Positions 1-11,807 of a DNA stretch of 64,000 nucleotides are shown here, in pieces. The notes beneath the pieces are model-generated. The model searched no databases. It was not told the DNA's origin and saw nothing but the letters and a program-made list of their open reading frames with translations. The DNA is taken from NCBI GenBank assembly GCA_012295275.1, contig CM022679.1:8866001-8930000 (forward strand), read 5' to 3'. The translations under genes were made by a program, and so were the position numbers. The number at the start of each line of letters is the position of its first letter. Within the stretch, counting starts at the first letter, position 1. Source of the stretch: Chrysomallon squamiferum. Lineage: Eukaryota > Animalia > Mollusca.

Positions 1-58
1 CACCTCTTGTTATTATATATATTACGTAACCACTACTACGTGTGACTTATTCACTTAC

Positions 59-382
59 GAGTATTCTCCCAGTCGTTGTCTGTCCGGATATCAGTTCCCC
101 AGCCCAGTCTTTCGCCTCTGTCATCCACCCGATCTCTGGGTCGGGGCTCTTGTTGAACAACGACGTCCCCGTCCCCGGCTTCTGTCCGGGGACGGTGGCG
201 GCCTTGTACGACACCTGGACGTTGTTCCTTTTGCGACAGCATATCCACGTAACGAACCTCCATATTACAATAATCACAAATCCCAGCCCGAACGTTACAA
301 GACTGGAAGCGAGGAAAGCATACCACATGCGATCCCCTTTCTTGCAGTCCACGGACAGAGTGGTAGTGTTAGAGCCGCCCAT
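59..382 (-). CDS. slo: BK / Slowpoke Ca2+-activated K+ channel alpha subunit, first coding exon (S0 helix and S0-S1 loop); gene continues off the left edge
   Basis: Translation MGGSNTTT...[25 protein letters not shown]...ICC...[26 protein letters not shown] matches the Slo1/KCNMA1 motifs I recognise (MWWAFLASS.VTF; GWMTS.KDWAG..IS.QT.TGR.L). In-frame TAA four codons upstream of the ATG. GTAAGT donor begins at 58, after GRIL. Confidence 0.96.
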
Positions 383-399
383 AGTCTTGATTTAGTATG

Positions 400-1330
400 A
401 TCTTACTCTGAAATAAACATATGGCACTTCCTCGAAGATGGGCATCCGTGTGGAATCCAAGACGAAGTGAATGAAAACAATAACAAAAAAAACGACTCGG
501 CCCAATCCAAGAAGACACTTGTCAAACGGCTGCCGCTTGCTTTAACGATTGAGAGCGCGCAGAGAAGAAATCTATGTCGAGAGAAAGACAGAGAAATGAA
601 TTCATTTATATCCAGCAAGGCGTTAAAGAAATCATTTTATGTAAATCCATGTATGTAGAGTGCGGAAATACTGTCTATGAATACTCCATTCTCTCTCTGA
701 ATAGCCGTTCGCTAGTAGAAAGGTAAAACGTTTGGCACAGGTACAAATCATTGGTGAGAAATAACTCTTCTATTTTTCTTCTTTTTTTTTTTTTTCTCTT
801 TTTCTTTTTTCCTTATCCTATCCTTCAGAAACATACACCAATCCGCATGTTCGTTCAGCGCTATAAAATATTATTTCGATCCGATTCAAAGGCTCTGCTG
901 CATCCAATGAGGGCGTCCTTTCTGCCACGCGATCATCGGCCGAATAGCATTCGATTAAACGAGCCGGTCTTTGCGGTGAACTGCGTTATTCGACACGCTC
1001 CCAAGTCCCTCTGCGCGCGCCATGCAAGACGACTATCAACATTGTTCTTCTGTCTGCGATTTCTGTGGTGCGTTAACGCATCTTCTGTTCACTGTGTGGT
1101 GAGTGTGGGGGGAAATACAGAGCCTTGTAGTCGAAGCGGTGAGCGAGCGAGTGAGTGAGCGATGTCTCACAGATCGATTTTTCTCGCTAGTTACTGGGGG
1201 AACCCAACAACACACACACACATATACATACACATCGTATTTTACTCTTCATTCCTTGAGTCATTAAAAACGCTTTTAATATTGCATGATAACGATTTTA
1301 AATACACTGATCGGTTAAAACCGTTAGATT
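400..1330 (-). promoter_or_regulatory. CpG-rich putative promoter / 5'UTR region of slo
   Basis: Visibly CpG-rich stretch (e.g. CTGCGCGCGC, GAGCGAGCGAG) directly upstream of the slo ATG, next to CpG-poor DNA beyond about 1400. TSS not identifiable. Confidence 0.55.
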
Positions 1331-1862
1331 ATTTATTTTATTTTATTTTATTTTATTTTATTTTGTTTTTGTTTATTTGTTTAAATATACTTTGAAAATG
1401 TTCTGTTATATTGATAGTGATGATGGTGATGATGATAAATAAATAAATTAATATGTAAATAAATGATGAAAGAAATGTTTAACTTTTTATTCATATTTTC
1501 ATTTTAGGCATTTTATATATTTTTATTTATTTATTTTATTATTATTGTTTATTATTATTATTATTGTTATTATTTTATACTGGGTTGAGGAATAAGCCAT
1601 TGCAGTTAAATTAAATTTAATCATTACATAGAAGAAAACTTAAGCTTAATTCATAACAAGATGTAATTTAATCAATAATGAATTCTCCATTGTTATTTAC
1701 CACATTTTCCCAATGATCAACAAGTTTTTTAATACCTCGACAATAAAAATTTAAATCACAATGACTTATTCCTCAACCCAATATAAAAAAAAAAAAAAAA
1801 ATAAAAAAAAATTTGAACAAACTAACAGAAAAAACAAGAAAACCAGACACAGAATTCTAGCT

Positions 1863-1868
1863 TTTATT
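1863..1868 (-). terminator. Candidate distal polyadenylation signal (AATAAA) of ADAP1
   Basis: AATAAA on the minus strand followed by a GT/T-rich tract (about 1785-1850), near the edge of the CpG-depleted zone. AATAAA is common in this AT-rich DNA, so support is weak. Confidence 0.3.
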
Positions 1869-2515
1869 TAGAAATTTGCATGTTTATTATGTCACAAAAT
1901 ATAAAACAACATATTTTCACATATTTCACAAAACCTAGTCTCTCATCAGTGGTGGATTTTAAGCCAAAAACACAGAACTTTCCCATCCCCATAACCTGTT
2001 TCCCTTCCCCCGTACCATAGAGCCTGCCTAACACCCTGAAGTAAAGTCGTCTCCCTTGACAAGTAAAATGTCACCCCTTAATTACAGAGCTCATCTTTAA
2101 AGAAAATTAATACAAAGAAGAGAAAAGTGATAATAATATAATATTACAAAAAATATATAAAAATAATAATAATAAATAACACACACACATACACACGTAC
2201 ACACGCACTCACACACAAACACAAATAATAATAAAAAACTTTCCCAGCCCAAAACACCAGTTCTGTAACTTATGTTGTGAACATAATACTGCACAAATGT
2301 TGACTCTTTGATTGTTTTAGTTTTTGTTGTACAAACTGTGTACAGTTTGAATGTTCATTTTACAAATGAACAGTGCAGTCAATCATCAATGATGTAATCT
2401 CTGTTATCTTATATTATTTCTTGACACCTTTGATTTCTTAACCAATATAAACCATGGTTTATGAAATAAATTCATTATATACTTTAAAAATATATAGTAG
2501 AATGATAAAATTAAA

Positions 2516-2560
<45 letters not shown>

Positions 2561-2562
<2 letters not shown>

Positions 2563-2790
2563 AAGTAATAGTACTTGTGATAACAGTAATTCTAATAATA
2601 GTAGTAATAGTAGAAGTAGTAATAACTATGAAGATAGTAGAAGGAGTAGCAGCAATGATAATAATAGTAGTAGTAGTAAAGTAATAGTACTTGTGATAAC
2701 AGTAATTCTAATAATAGTAGTAATAGTAGAAGTAGTAATAACTATGAAGATAGTAGAAGGAGTAGCAGCAATGATAATAATAGTAATAGT
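2561..2790. repeat. Two-copy 116-bp tandem duplication inside a (TAG)n/(TAA)n-rich tract
   Basis: TAAAGTAATAGTACTTGTGATAACAG... starts at 2561 and again at 2677, near-identical. Confidence 0.9.
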
Positions 2791-2824
2791 AGTAGCAGTG
2801 GTAATGATGATGATAATAGCAGGT

Positions 2825-2860
<36 letters not shown>

Positions 2861-4424
2861 ATCAATATGGAAAGCTAGGTCTCTTTAAGTAAAAAATAAC
2901 AAGTGTCACTGGTTATGTATATAATAATTTCAAATAATCAACATTTCTTGGAAAATTGAATAAAAAAAAAAATTTAAATTATAAATGAGAATGTTCTATT
3001 ACACAATAATAATTAAATACAATAACAAATCTAATTTATATATATGTACATACATAATTATAAACTATATAAATGTTTGTAAACAAAATTGTTCATTTTT
3101 AACATAAATGATCCCAGACAAATTGTGTATATATTTTTTACAGTTACACATGTATAAAGGAATGTACACTAAATACCACTAACAACAATGTAACAACAAG
3201 TTGCAAAAATAAACAACAGGAGGTGAATAAATTTTCATAAATCAGACTGTTAATGGCTTTTTGCCCAGGTGTTATTAACCAATAAGAGTAGTCTGCCCTT
3301 TCACATTTATATTAATAATTACCAATGGGGAATGAATGGATCAAGTGTAATTTTCATTCATTATTAATGCAGATGGAAATTCAGCGTTCTGTGGTAATTA
3401 TACAGCTATGTTGTACACTGTAGTACTAAGTGAAACTATGTATTACAGTTACATTCTGCATAAAGTAGTAAGTTATTACTTCTTTTAATCTGGCAGTAAC
3501 TTTGTAATTCATATATATTGTTAAAATATAGATACATTTTTCATTAAAATAATTTTTAATATACATTTATTATTACTTTTAATTTGTAAAATTATTTATT
3601 TATTTATTTATTGAAGGAAAACTATAGCTTTTCTTTTACTGAATATTAAATGTTGAAAATATATCTTAAAATGAACTTTCATTATTAAATATGATGGGTG
3701 TGTGTGGGTGTGTGTTTTCATACATACAGACTCACACACACACACACATATATCCAGACACATATAATGTACAAGAGAGAAGAAACAAATATATACATAT
3801 TTGCCATCATGTAAAATAAAAAAATTAAAATAAGATTTCACACAAACAATTATTACCAAAATAAAATAATTTGTTCCTGAATGAAAATCATTATCTCATT
3901 TGTTCAGCTTCAAACTAATACAATGCAGATTGATTTCTTACATAAAAGACAATAATATTATGTTGACACAATATTAACATCAACAGCATGTTAACTGTAA
4001 GGAATCAATGAATCAATGCTAAAGCAATAACAATTTTATAGTCATTTACATAAATAATAAAGATTATAATGAAACGTTATTAAGACATTTTATCTAAATA
4101 ACTTTAAAGTGAAAGAAAGGGGCTGTTCTATTTTTATATCCCACAGAAATCAACTATTATTATTATTATTATTATTTTTTTTTTTTTTAATCTTCTCTTC
4201 TATGAGAGGTTTTAAGAAATAGATTTTATGGAAGTAGATTTTATGCTCAATACAGGTCATTAACTGTAATAAATCAATAAGTAAACAAGAGGTCAAGAAG
4301 AAATGTTTTATTAAATCAGTTCCTTATCTGAATTAATGTTTTCTAAATATAACCAGTTGTATGACGTACATCATTTCTTTTTAACTCAATTGAAATATGC
4401 TGCCTTTTTTTTTTTTTTCATTTG

Positions 4425-4465
<41 letters not shown>

Positions 4466-5774
4466 CACAGTAACAGATAATAATGTATTTTACTTTGATT
4501 ACAATGACATTACCATAGTTACCATAGTTACCAAACACAAATGATCAGTGAAGTAAGCAGTTTAGAAGAGAATAATGAGCTGAAGCAACATTCATTACCA
4601 TCTTATTTCTGTGTTCTGGATTTTTTGTTTATTTATATAACTATCATACTGTCATTATTTTTTAATGTGTATTGAATTGACCTCCGGTTTTAATGTTTGT
4701 TCAAGTAAAATTTTAATATTTTAATCAACATTACATGAAATACATATACAGAACTCAAACAGTAAATATAATATATAATTATAATGGAATGTCTACCATA
4801 CATTCAAACATAACACACACATATACACACCTAACATACATACATGTGTGTGTGTGTGTGTGTGTGTCTTTGTATTAAATGCTGCATTCATAAAATATAA
4901 CAACTGCTGAAAGGGGCACTTAAATGTAATATAGAGTGTTTATATTTTACAATAATAATAATAATATACAGTCACTATAATTACTGAATTATCATTATCT
5001 TCATCCTTAATGTAATAATAATATTATTATTTTATTATAATTATTATTTATTATTATTATTATAATTATTATTTATTATTATTATTATAAAAATAATAAA
5101 TTAAAATTTAAAATTTCTGAGAGAAACACTAATTAATGTTAATAAACATAATATGTACATCTCATTTTATTTTTTATATTTTAATAATACTGTTGGGTTT
5201 TCTATTTCTTGGAGTATTTGATATTTGTTCATATTGGTAATACTTTTCAGGAATTTCTCTCACTCAGTTATTTTCAATTTAAAAAAAAAAATATTAACTG
5301 TTGTTTATGAACTAATGAAATATATTACTGATATTTATTTATTTGTTTATTTATTTTACGTAAAATATAAAACATATTCCTAAGTCACTCAACAAAAACA
5401 GTTTTTAAATTAGTATGCATCAAGACAGATGCTTATCTTATCAATCTCGAGAGACTCTGTTTTCCTTAATACAGAGATCCATGGAAATGATGGTTTAAAT
5501 TATAAAATGGAATTTATTAAGAGGTAGAATACAACTGAAATTTTGTTTGATAACTCTCAACAGATGAATAGAATGAGTCACACTATACAAGACCTGTGAA
5601 TATTAATGACAACAACACTTTTAATATTAATATGCATAGTAGTGTGCTGGCTAAGAATATTAAACTAACAACATTCTTTACAATAGAATATGGGTTTTGT
5701 ATATAATAATTATATTACATTTCAACTAGTCTGTTCAACAAAGATCACAGGAAAGTTATTATATATGATCCAAC

Positions 5775-7010
5775 CATCAGGAAGAGTCAACTAATTCATG
5801 AGAAAGTCACTATTGATGTCACTACTCAGCTAATTCAGGAAAAGTCACAAAAGATGTATGAATTATCAATATTCAACTAATTCAGGAGAAAGTCACTATT
5901 GATGTCACTACTCAGCTAATTCGGGAAAAGTCACAAAACAAATGATCAATATTCAACTAATTCATGTATGAATTTAGGAAAAGTCACAAAAGATGTATGA
6001 ATGATCAATATTCAACTAATTCAGGAGAAAGTCACTATTGATGTCACTACTCAGCTAATTCAGGAAAAGTCACAAAAGATGTATGAATGATCAATATTCA
6101 ACTAATTCACGAGAAAGTCACTAATGATGTCACTACTCAGCTAATTCAGGAAAAGTCACAAAAGATGTATGAATGATCAATATTCAACTAATTCATGAGA
6201 AAGTCACTATTGATGTCACTACTCAGCTAATTCGGGAAAAGTCACAAAAGATGTATGAATGATCAATATTCAACTAATTCATGAGAAAGTCACTATTGAT
6301 GTCACTACTCAGCTAATTCAGGAAAAGTCACAAAAGATGTATGAATGATCAATATTCAACTAATTCATGAGAAAGTCACTATTGATGTCACTACTCAGCT
6401 AATTCAGGAAAAGTCACAAAAGATGTATGAATTATCAATATTCAACTAATTCACGAGAAAGTCACTATTGATGTCACTACTCAGCTAATTCAGGAAAAGT
6501 CACAAAAGATGTATGAATTATCAATATTCAACTAATTCACGAGAAAGTCACTATTGATGTCACTACTCAGCTAATTCAGGAAAAGTCACAAAAGATGTAT
6601 GAATTATCAATATTCAACTAATTCAGGAGAAAGTCACCAATGACATATGAATGTCACTACTCAGAAACTTGAGGGAAAATCATCATTGATGCATGAAAGT
6701 CACTACTCAGAAACTTGAGGAAAAGTCACCGTTGATGTGTGAACTGTCTCTACTGAACTAATTTCAGATTTAAGTCACTATTGATGTATGAATTACCACT
6801 ATTCAAAAAAAATGCCACAGGAAAGTCACTATTGATGTATGAACCATCAATATTCAGCTACTTCAAGAGAAAGTCGTTACAGATGTATGAACTACCAGTA
6901 TCCAACCAATTCAGAGCAAAGTTACTATAAACAAATGAACTATGAAATTCAGCTAATTCAGGGTGAAGTCAGTAGTTATGCATGAACTATCACTACTCAG
7001 ATATTCAGAA
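5775..7010. repeat. Minisatellite, 86-bp unit (dimer of related ~40-47 bp halves), about 10 homogeneous copies followed by degenerate monomers
   Basis: AACTAATTCATGAGAAAGTCACTATTGATGTCACTACTCAGCTAATTCAGGAAAAGTCACAAAAGATGTATGAATTATCAATATTC recurs with 86-bp period (e.g. 6014, 6100). Confidence 0.95.
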
Positions 7011-7637
7011 TAAAATTCATCAAAGACATGTAAATGGTTATATTGATGCTGCGGGTTTCTGATCATGAATAATTAAAAACATATTCAATATTTTATACAA
7101 ATACGATTAAATATACTCTATAATATGTACATAAATGATTTAAAAATTACATAAATCTTTCAAATATGCTGTAAGATGAAAATTGCATTTAAGTATCTAA
7201 AAAACAAAAAAAAAAAACAAAAACAAAACAAACACTACAGACACTATGAACATACAAATATTAAAATTCTAATATGTTCCAAAGATTTATAACATTTGAG
7301 TATATCAGAGATTTTAAAATTAAATTATTTGAATTATGTGAATAAAAATGTCTGATTAACAATATGTATATATTTGTTCTTGCTGGAATTTTTGAGTAGC
7401 TTGTTGTAAAAAATGATATTAAAAATTATGTTTAAAAATGCAAGGATGATATATGCATATATCAAAACCTTTAGTGTAAAATGATAATGAAGTAACCCAT
7501 ATGATTAAACATTGATCTTAACATTGGTAATTCTTAAAACATGTTTAAATGTTTAATTAAAAAATTGCTGAATGAAAAAGATATTTGAAAAACCAGTTCA
7601 AAGGCATTAAAAATGTTTGGCAAAATCTTAATTTATA

Positions 7638-7706
<69 letters not shown>

Positions 7707-8086
7707 ACAAACAAACAAAATATTTCAGAAAACTTAACTAAACTAAACTAAACTAAAATAAAATAAAATAAAATAAAACAAAACAAAATAAATAAAAATA
7801 AACAAACAAAACATTTCATAAATTATTTCGTTTTGGCAGAATTTAATTGACAGCAGTTTTTAATTACAAAAATTAAAAAATTATTTTAAAATTTTCATAA
7901 ATTTTTGTTTGTATGAACTCTTTATACATAAAATGTGACAAATAAATAGAAAACTCCATGATATACATAATACTGCAATATTAACAAGGGAAAAAAAAAA
8001 ACAACAACAAAAAACCCCCCAAGATATTTAAAAATAAATTAAATCACTGGACCCTTTTGTTTTGTTCATCTTGTTCTTTTGCACAT

Positions 8087-8136
8087 TTACCGTCTGATTG
8101 GGTTAAATGGTTTCTTGGCAACTAAAACAGTAGCCA
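8087..8136 (-). CDS. ADAP1: ADAP1 exon 9 (last coding exon): (M)[15 protein letters not shown]
   Basis: TTTATTTCAG acceptor; phase fits exon 8; short basic tail ending in TAA. Confidence 0.75.
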
Positions 8137-9551
8137 CTGAAATAAAAACAAAATAATAATAATAAATTAAAAGTCATAAAATAATAATAGTAATGAAAGT
8201 AGTAGCGGTAGTTGTTGTAGTATAGTAATCTTAACAGTAGAAACTGAAGTGGAAGTAACAGTAATAACAGAAATGGTAGTAGTGGAAGTAGTAGTAGTAA
8301 TAATAACAGCAGTAGATATTGGATGAAGAAGTGGTTGTTGTAGTAGTGATTTATGACCAAGTTATTTTTACTGTTGTTTGGAGTGACATGCTTTTATTAT
8401 CTTTTGCACTGATGTAATTTTACAATCTTGTCTTGTTTTTGCTATGTTGCAGAGTGACCTATGACATAATTTCTACTGTCTTTTCAAGTGATTTACAGCT
8501 TATTATTTTCCATCAAATCTTTTATCAGGTGACTTACTTTATCTTTTTGACCAACTAAACTTTTGGTATCTTGTTTGGTAACAGTCAGTCTTTTTTTAGT
8601 CACCTACTTCTGCTGTTTTGTAGAATGGTGAATGTTGTTATCTCCTTGGGTGACTCACTTCTGATATCTTGTTGGTGGATTTACTTTTACTGTTTCACTC
8701 TTAGAGACTAAATTTAATTTTTTTTTTTTCGAGTGATTTTTCTAGATATTATTTTCCATCAATTTTCTACTGAGGTGACTTACCTCTTCTATCTTGTAGG
8801 ATAATTTATTTTAACTACCTTGAAAGGATGACTTACTTTTTCTATCTTTTTTGGTGATTTACTTTTGCTATCTTTTTGGGGTGATTGACTCTTACTATAT
8901 CTTTCTGGTGGCTACCTTTCTGTGGTGATGGACTCTTAGTATCTTTTGGGGTTACTCACTTTTGCTATATTTTTGGGTGACTTACTCTTACTATCTTTTT
9001 AGGTGACTTACTTTTGCTATCTTTTTGGGTGACTTACTCTTACTATCTTTTTGGGGTGACTCACTCTTGCTATCTTTTTTTGGTGGTGACTGACTCTTAC
9101 AATCTCTTTCGGGTGACTGACTCTTGCTATCTTTTTGGGGGGTGACTTAATCTTACTATCTTTTTTTTCGGGGTGACTCACTTTTGCTATCTTGTGGGGT
9201 GAGCGGCATCTCGACGACTTTCTTCAGCTGCTCCACCCACTCATCCATCTCCTCCTTGGTCTCCGCCTTCAGCACAAACTTTCTGTCTGGCGTGTTCAGC
9301 GTGAAGCAGTTGGCGCTGGTCCCTTTGCCCTCCGTGGCCCCAGTAGTCACTGAGTAGTCAGAGTCTCGACTGCCTATAAACACTTCACCTTTCGGAAAGG
9401 CATTCTGAAATTTGGTTTGAAAACAGACAGTGGAATAGTGCCGTATTTCTCTGAATTGTTGTTATTATTATTGTTATTTCTCTGAATTGTTGTTATTATT
9501 ATTGTTATTGTTATTGTTATTTTTATTATTAATTATTATTATTAATTATTA

Positions 9552-9586
<35 letters not shown>

Positions 9587-9807
9587 GTTATATTATTATT
9601 ATTGTTAATATTTTATTATTATTATTATTATTTATTATTTTATTAATTATATTATTATTATTAATTATTATTGTTTTATTAATATTGTTATTATTGTTGT
9701 TGTTGTTTTTTGAATATTCCATTATTTCATTATTTCTTTCTTTATTTATTTATTTTTAAAATTATTATATTTTTATAGTCATTATTTTGTAATATATCTT
9801 GTACTGA

Positions 9808-9839
<32 letters not shown>

Positions 9840-10787
9840 CTACATAGTGCTTATCTATTATTAATCATAATGCAACTGATACCAGAGCACTGTGCTATTG
9901 GCTGATTACTTTTCACAAACCAAGTTACATGAGATGCACACTTCACCACCTAGCACACTCGTTTTATTTATTATTTACTCAAAATTTGAAACAGTTTTAA
10001 CAAGGGCTTTAATAATATTATGTTATGACGAGTTCGCTTCTGAATTATTTTTAGCTAGATTTTAAAGTTTGGAGGTATGAATAAATAGTGTGATAAAATT
10101 CTTTACATTTAAAATAAAAAAAATTATATTTCTGTCGCCAAAGTAAAGTACTTTATTATCTGTATCAGGTGAATTTTTAAATTTATTTATTTATTTTTAT
10201 TTATTTATTTATTTTTATTTATTTTATTTTTATTTTTAATTTGTTTTGTTTTTTCCCCTCATTATTTGGGATTAAAAAAGGCAGCTTATATATATTCTTG
10301 AGTCACCTATCATCACTCATAACAAAGAATAATAATACATTAAGACTGCTACAAAATATTTGAACTCTACTTTGTTTTGTTCTTAACAACTTGAATTGTT
10401 TTATAACTGGATATGAACCAGACTGATAAATCTTTTTTTCTTTTATTCCTGATATCAGATAAAAATCTGATAAAATCTGTACACTTGTATATCACAACTC
10501 CAGAAAAATTGTATGCCCATATATTTTATAATTGAATTCTTTTGTTGTTTTACTTCATAATTAATTCAGACTGGACAGTAAAAAACAAAAAAATATAAAT
10601 ATAAATATTGAGAATTTTTTTTTTTTTTTTTTTTTACAATATTACATTTTCAAGCAGAGTATGTGAGAAAGCATTGTGTCAGATACTAAGAATATTTTAA
10701 TTTTATTTTATTTATTTATTTATTTATTTATTCATTTATTTTATTTTATTTTATTTTATTTTATTTTATTTTATTTTATTTTATTTT

Positions 10788-10832
<45 letters not shown>

Positions 10833-11768
10833 TTATTTTATTTTATTTTTTTTTTTATTTATCTATTTCTGTGTTACAAGCAGACTATGTGACAACAACA
10901 GCATTGTGTCAGATCTCTGCACACACTTCACAGTTTGCTGTGGATTAACTGGTATATCTCACCAGAGGCTCCTCGAAGTACATGAGCTTTCTCTTGTCCA
11001 GAATAAACCATCTTCTTTTAAACGGCTCATTCCTTGGTCCCATCTTGTACAGCCAGCCCTCCTTGAGAAAATCTTTTGTTAAATCTTCAGCAAGCTGAAA
11101 TATTCAGAAAAAATAAACAATTTTTGTCATTAATAATTATCACTATATATAAATATATATATGTATATATATCATGTATATATATATGTGTGTGTATATA
11201 TATATATAATATATATATATATTTATAAAATATAATGATAATTAAAAATATTTAAAAATAAAAAAATAAAAATAAAATAATAAAATAATAAATTTCAGTT
11301 CTTAACAATAAGACTTAACAAACATATAAAGAATGAAAAATCTATATCAGATTTGCTATTTGTAAAAAAATAGATACGTAATATTCTTTTACATAGATCT
11401 GTTTCATGCTTTATTTACCTTTTCTATACATATATTTATATATTTATATTTATACCTACTTTATATTTTATTTATCTGTTCTGTTTTATATTTACCTGTT
11501 CTATATTTTTTTTTTTTTTACCTGTTCTATATTCCTGTCAGGAAAAGCTATTTTTCTCCTGTCCAGTTTGGCAGCCCTAATAGCATAATACCAGTCTACA
11601 ATGTCCTGTAACAGAAAATGTCATATTAAAATCTGATCTCACATTGTAAGCCTACACACTGAAGACAGTTAATAGAATTATCTAATTCATAAAACATGAT
11701 TTGGAACAAGATTATCATACAGAAGATACTTCTATACAAATTATGTATGTAATTACACACAAACACAC

Positions 11769-11807
<39 letters not shown>

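Noticed and set aside
42-395. Plus-strand 117-aa ORF and the alternative-frame ORF 51-326
   Set aside because: Antisense or off-frame shadows of the slo exon.
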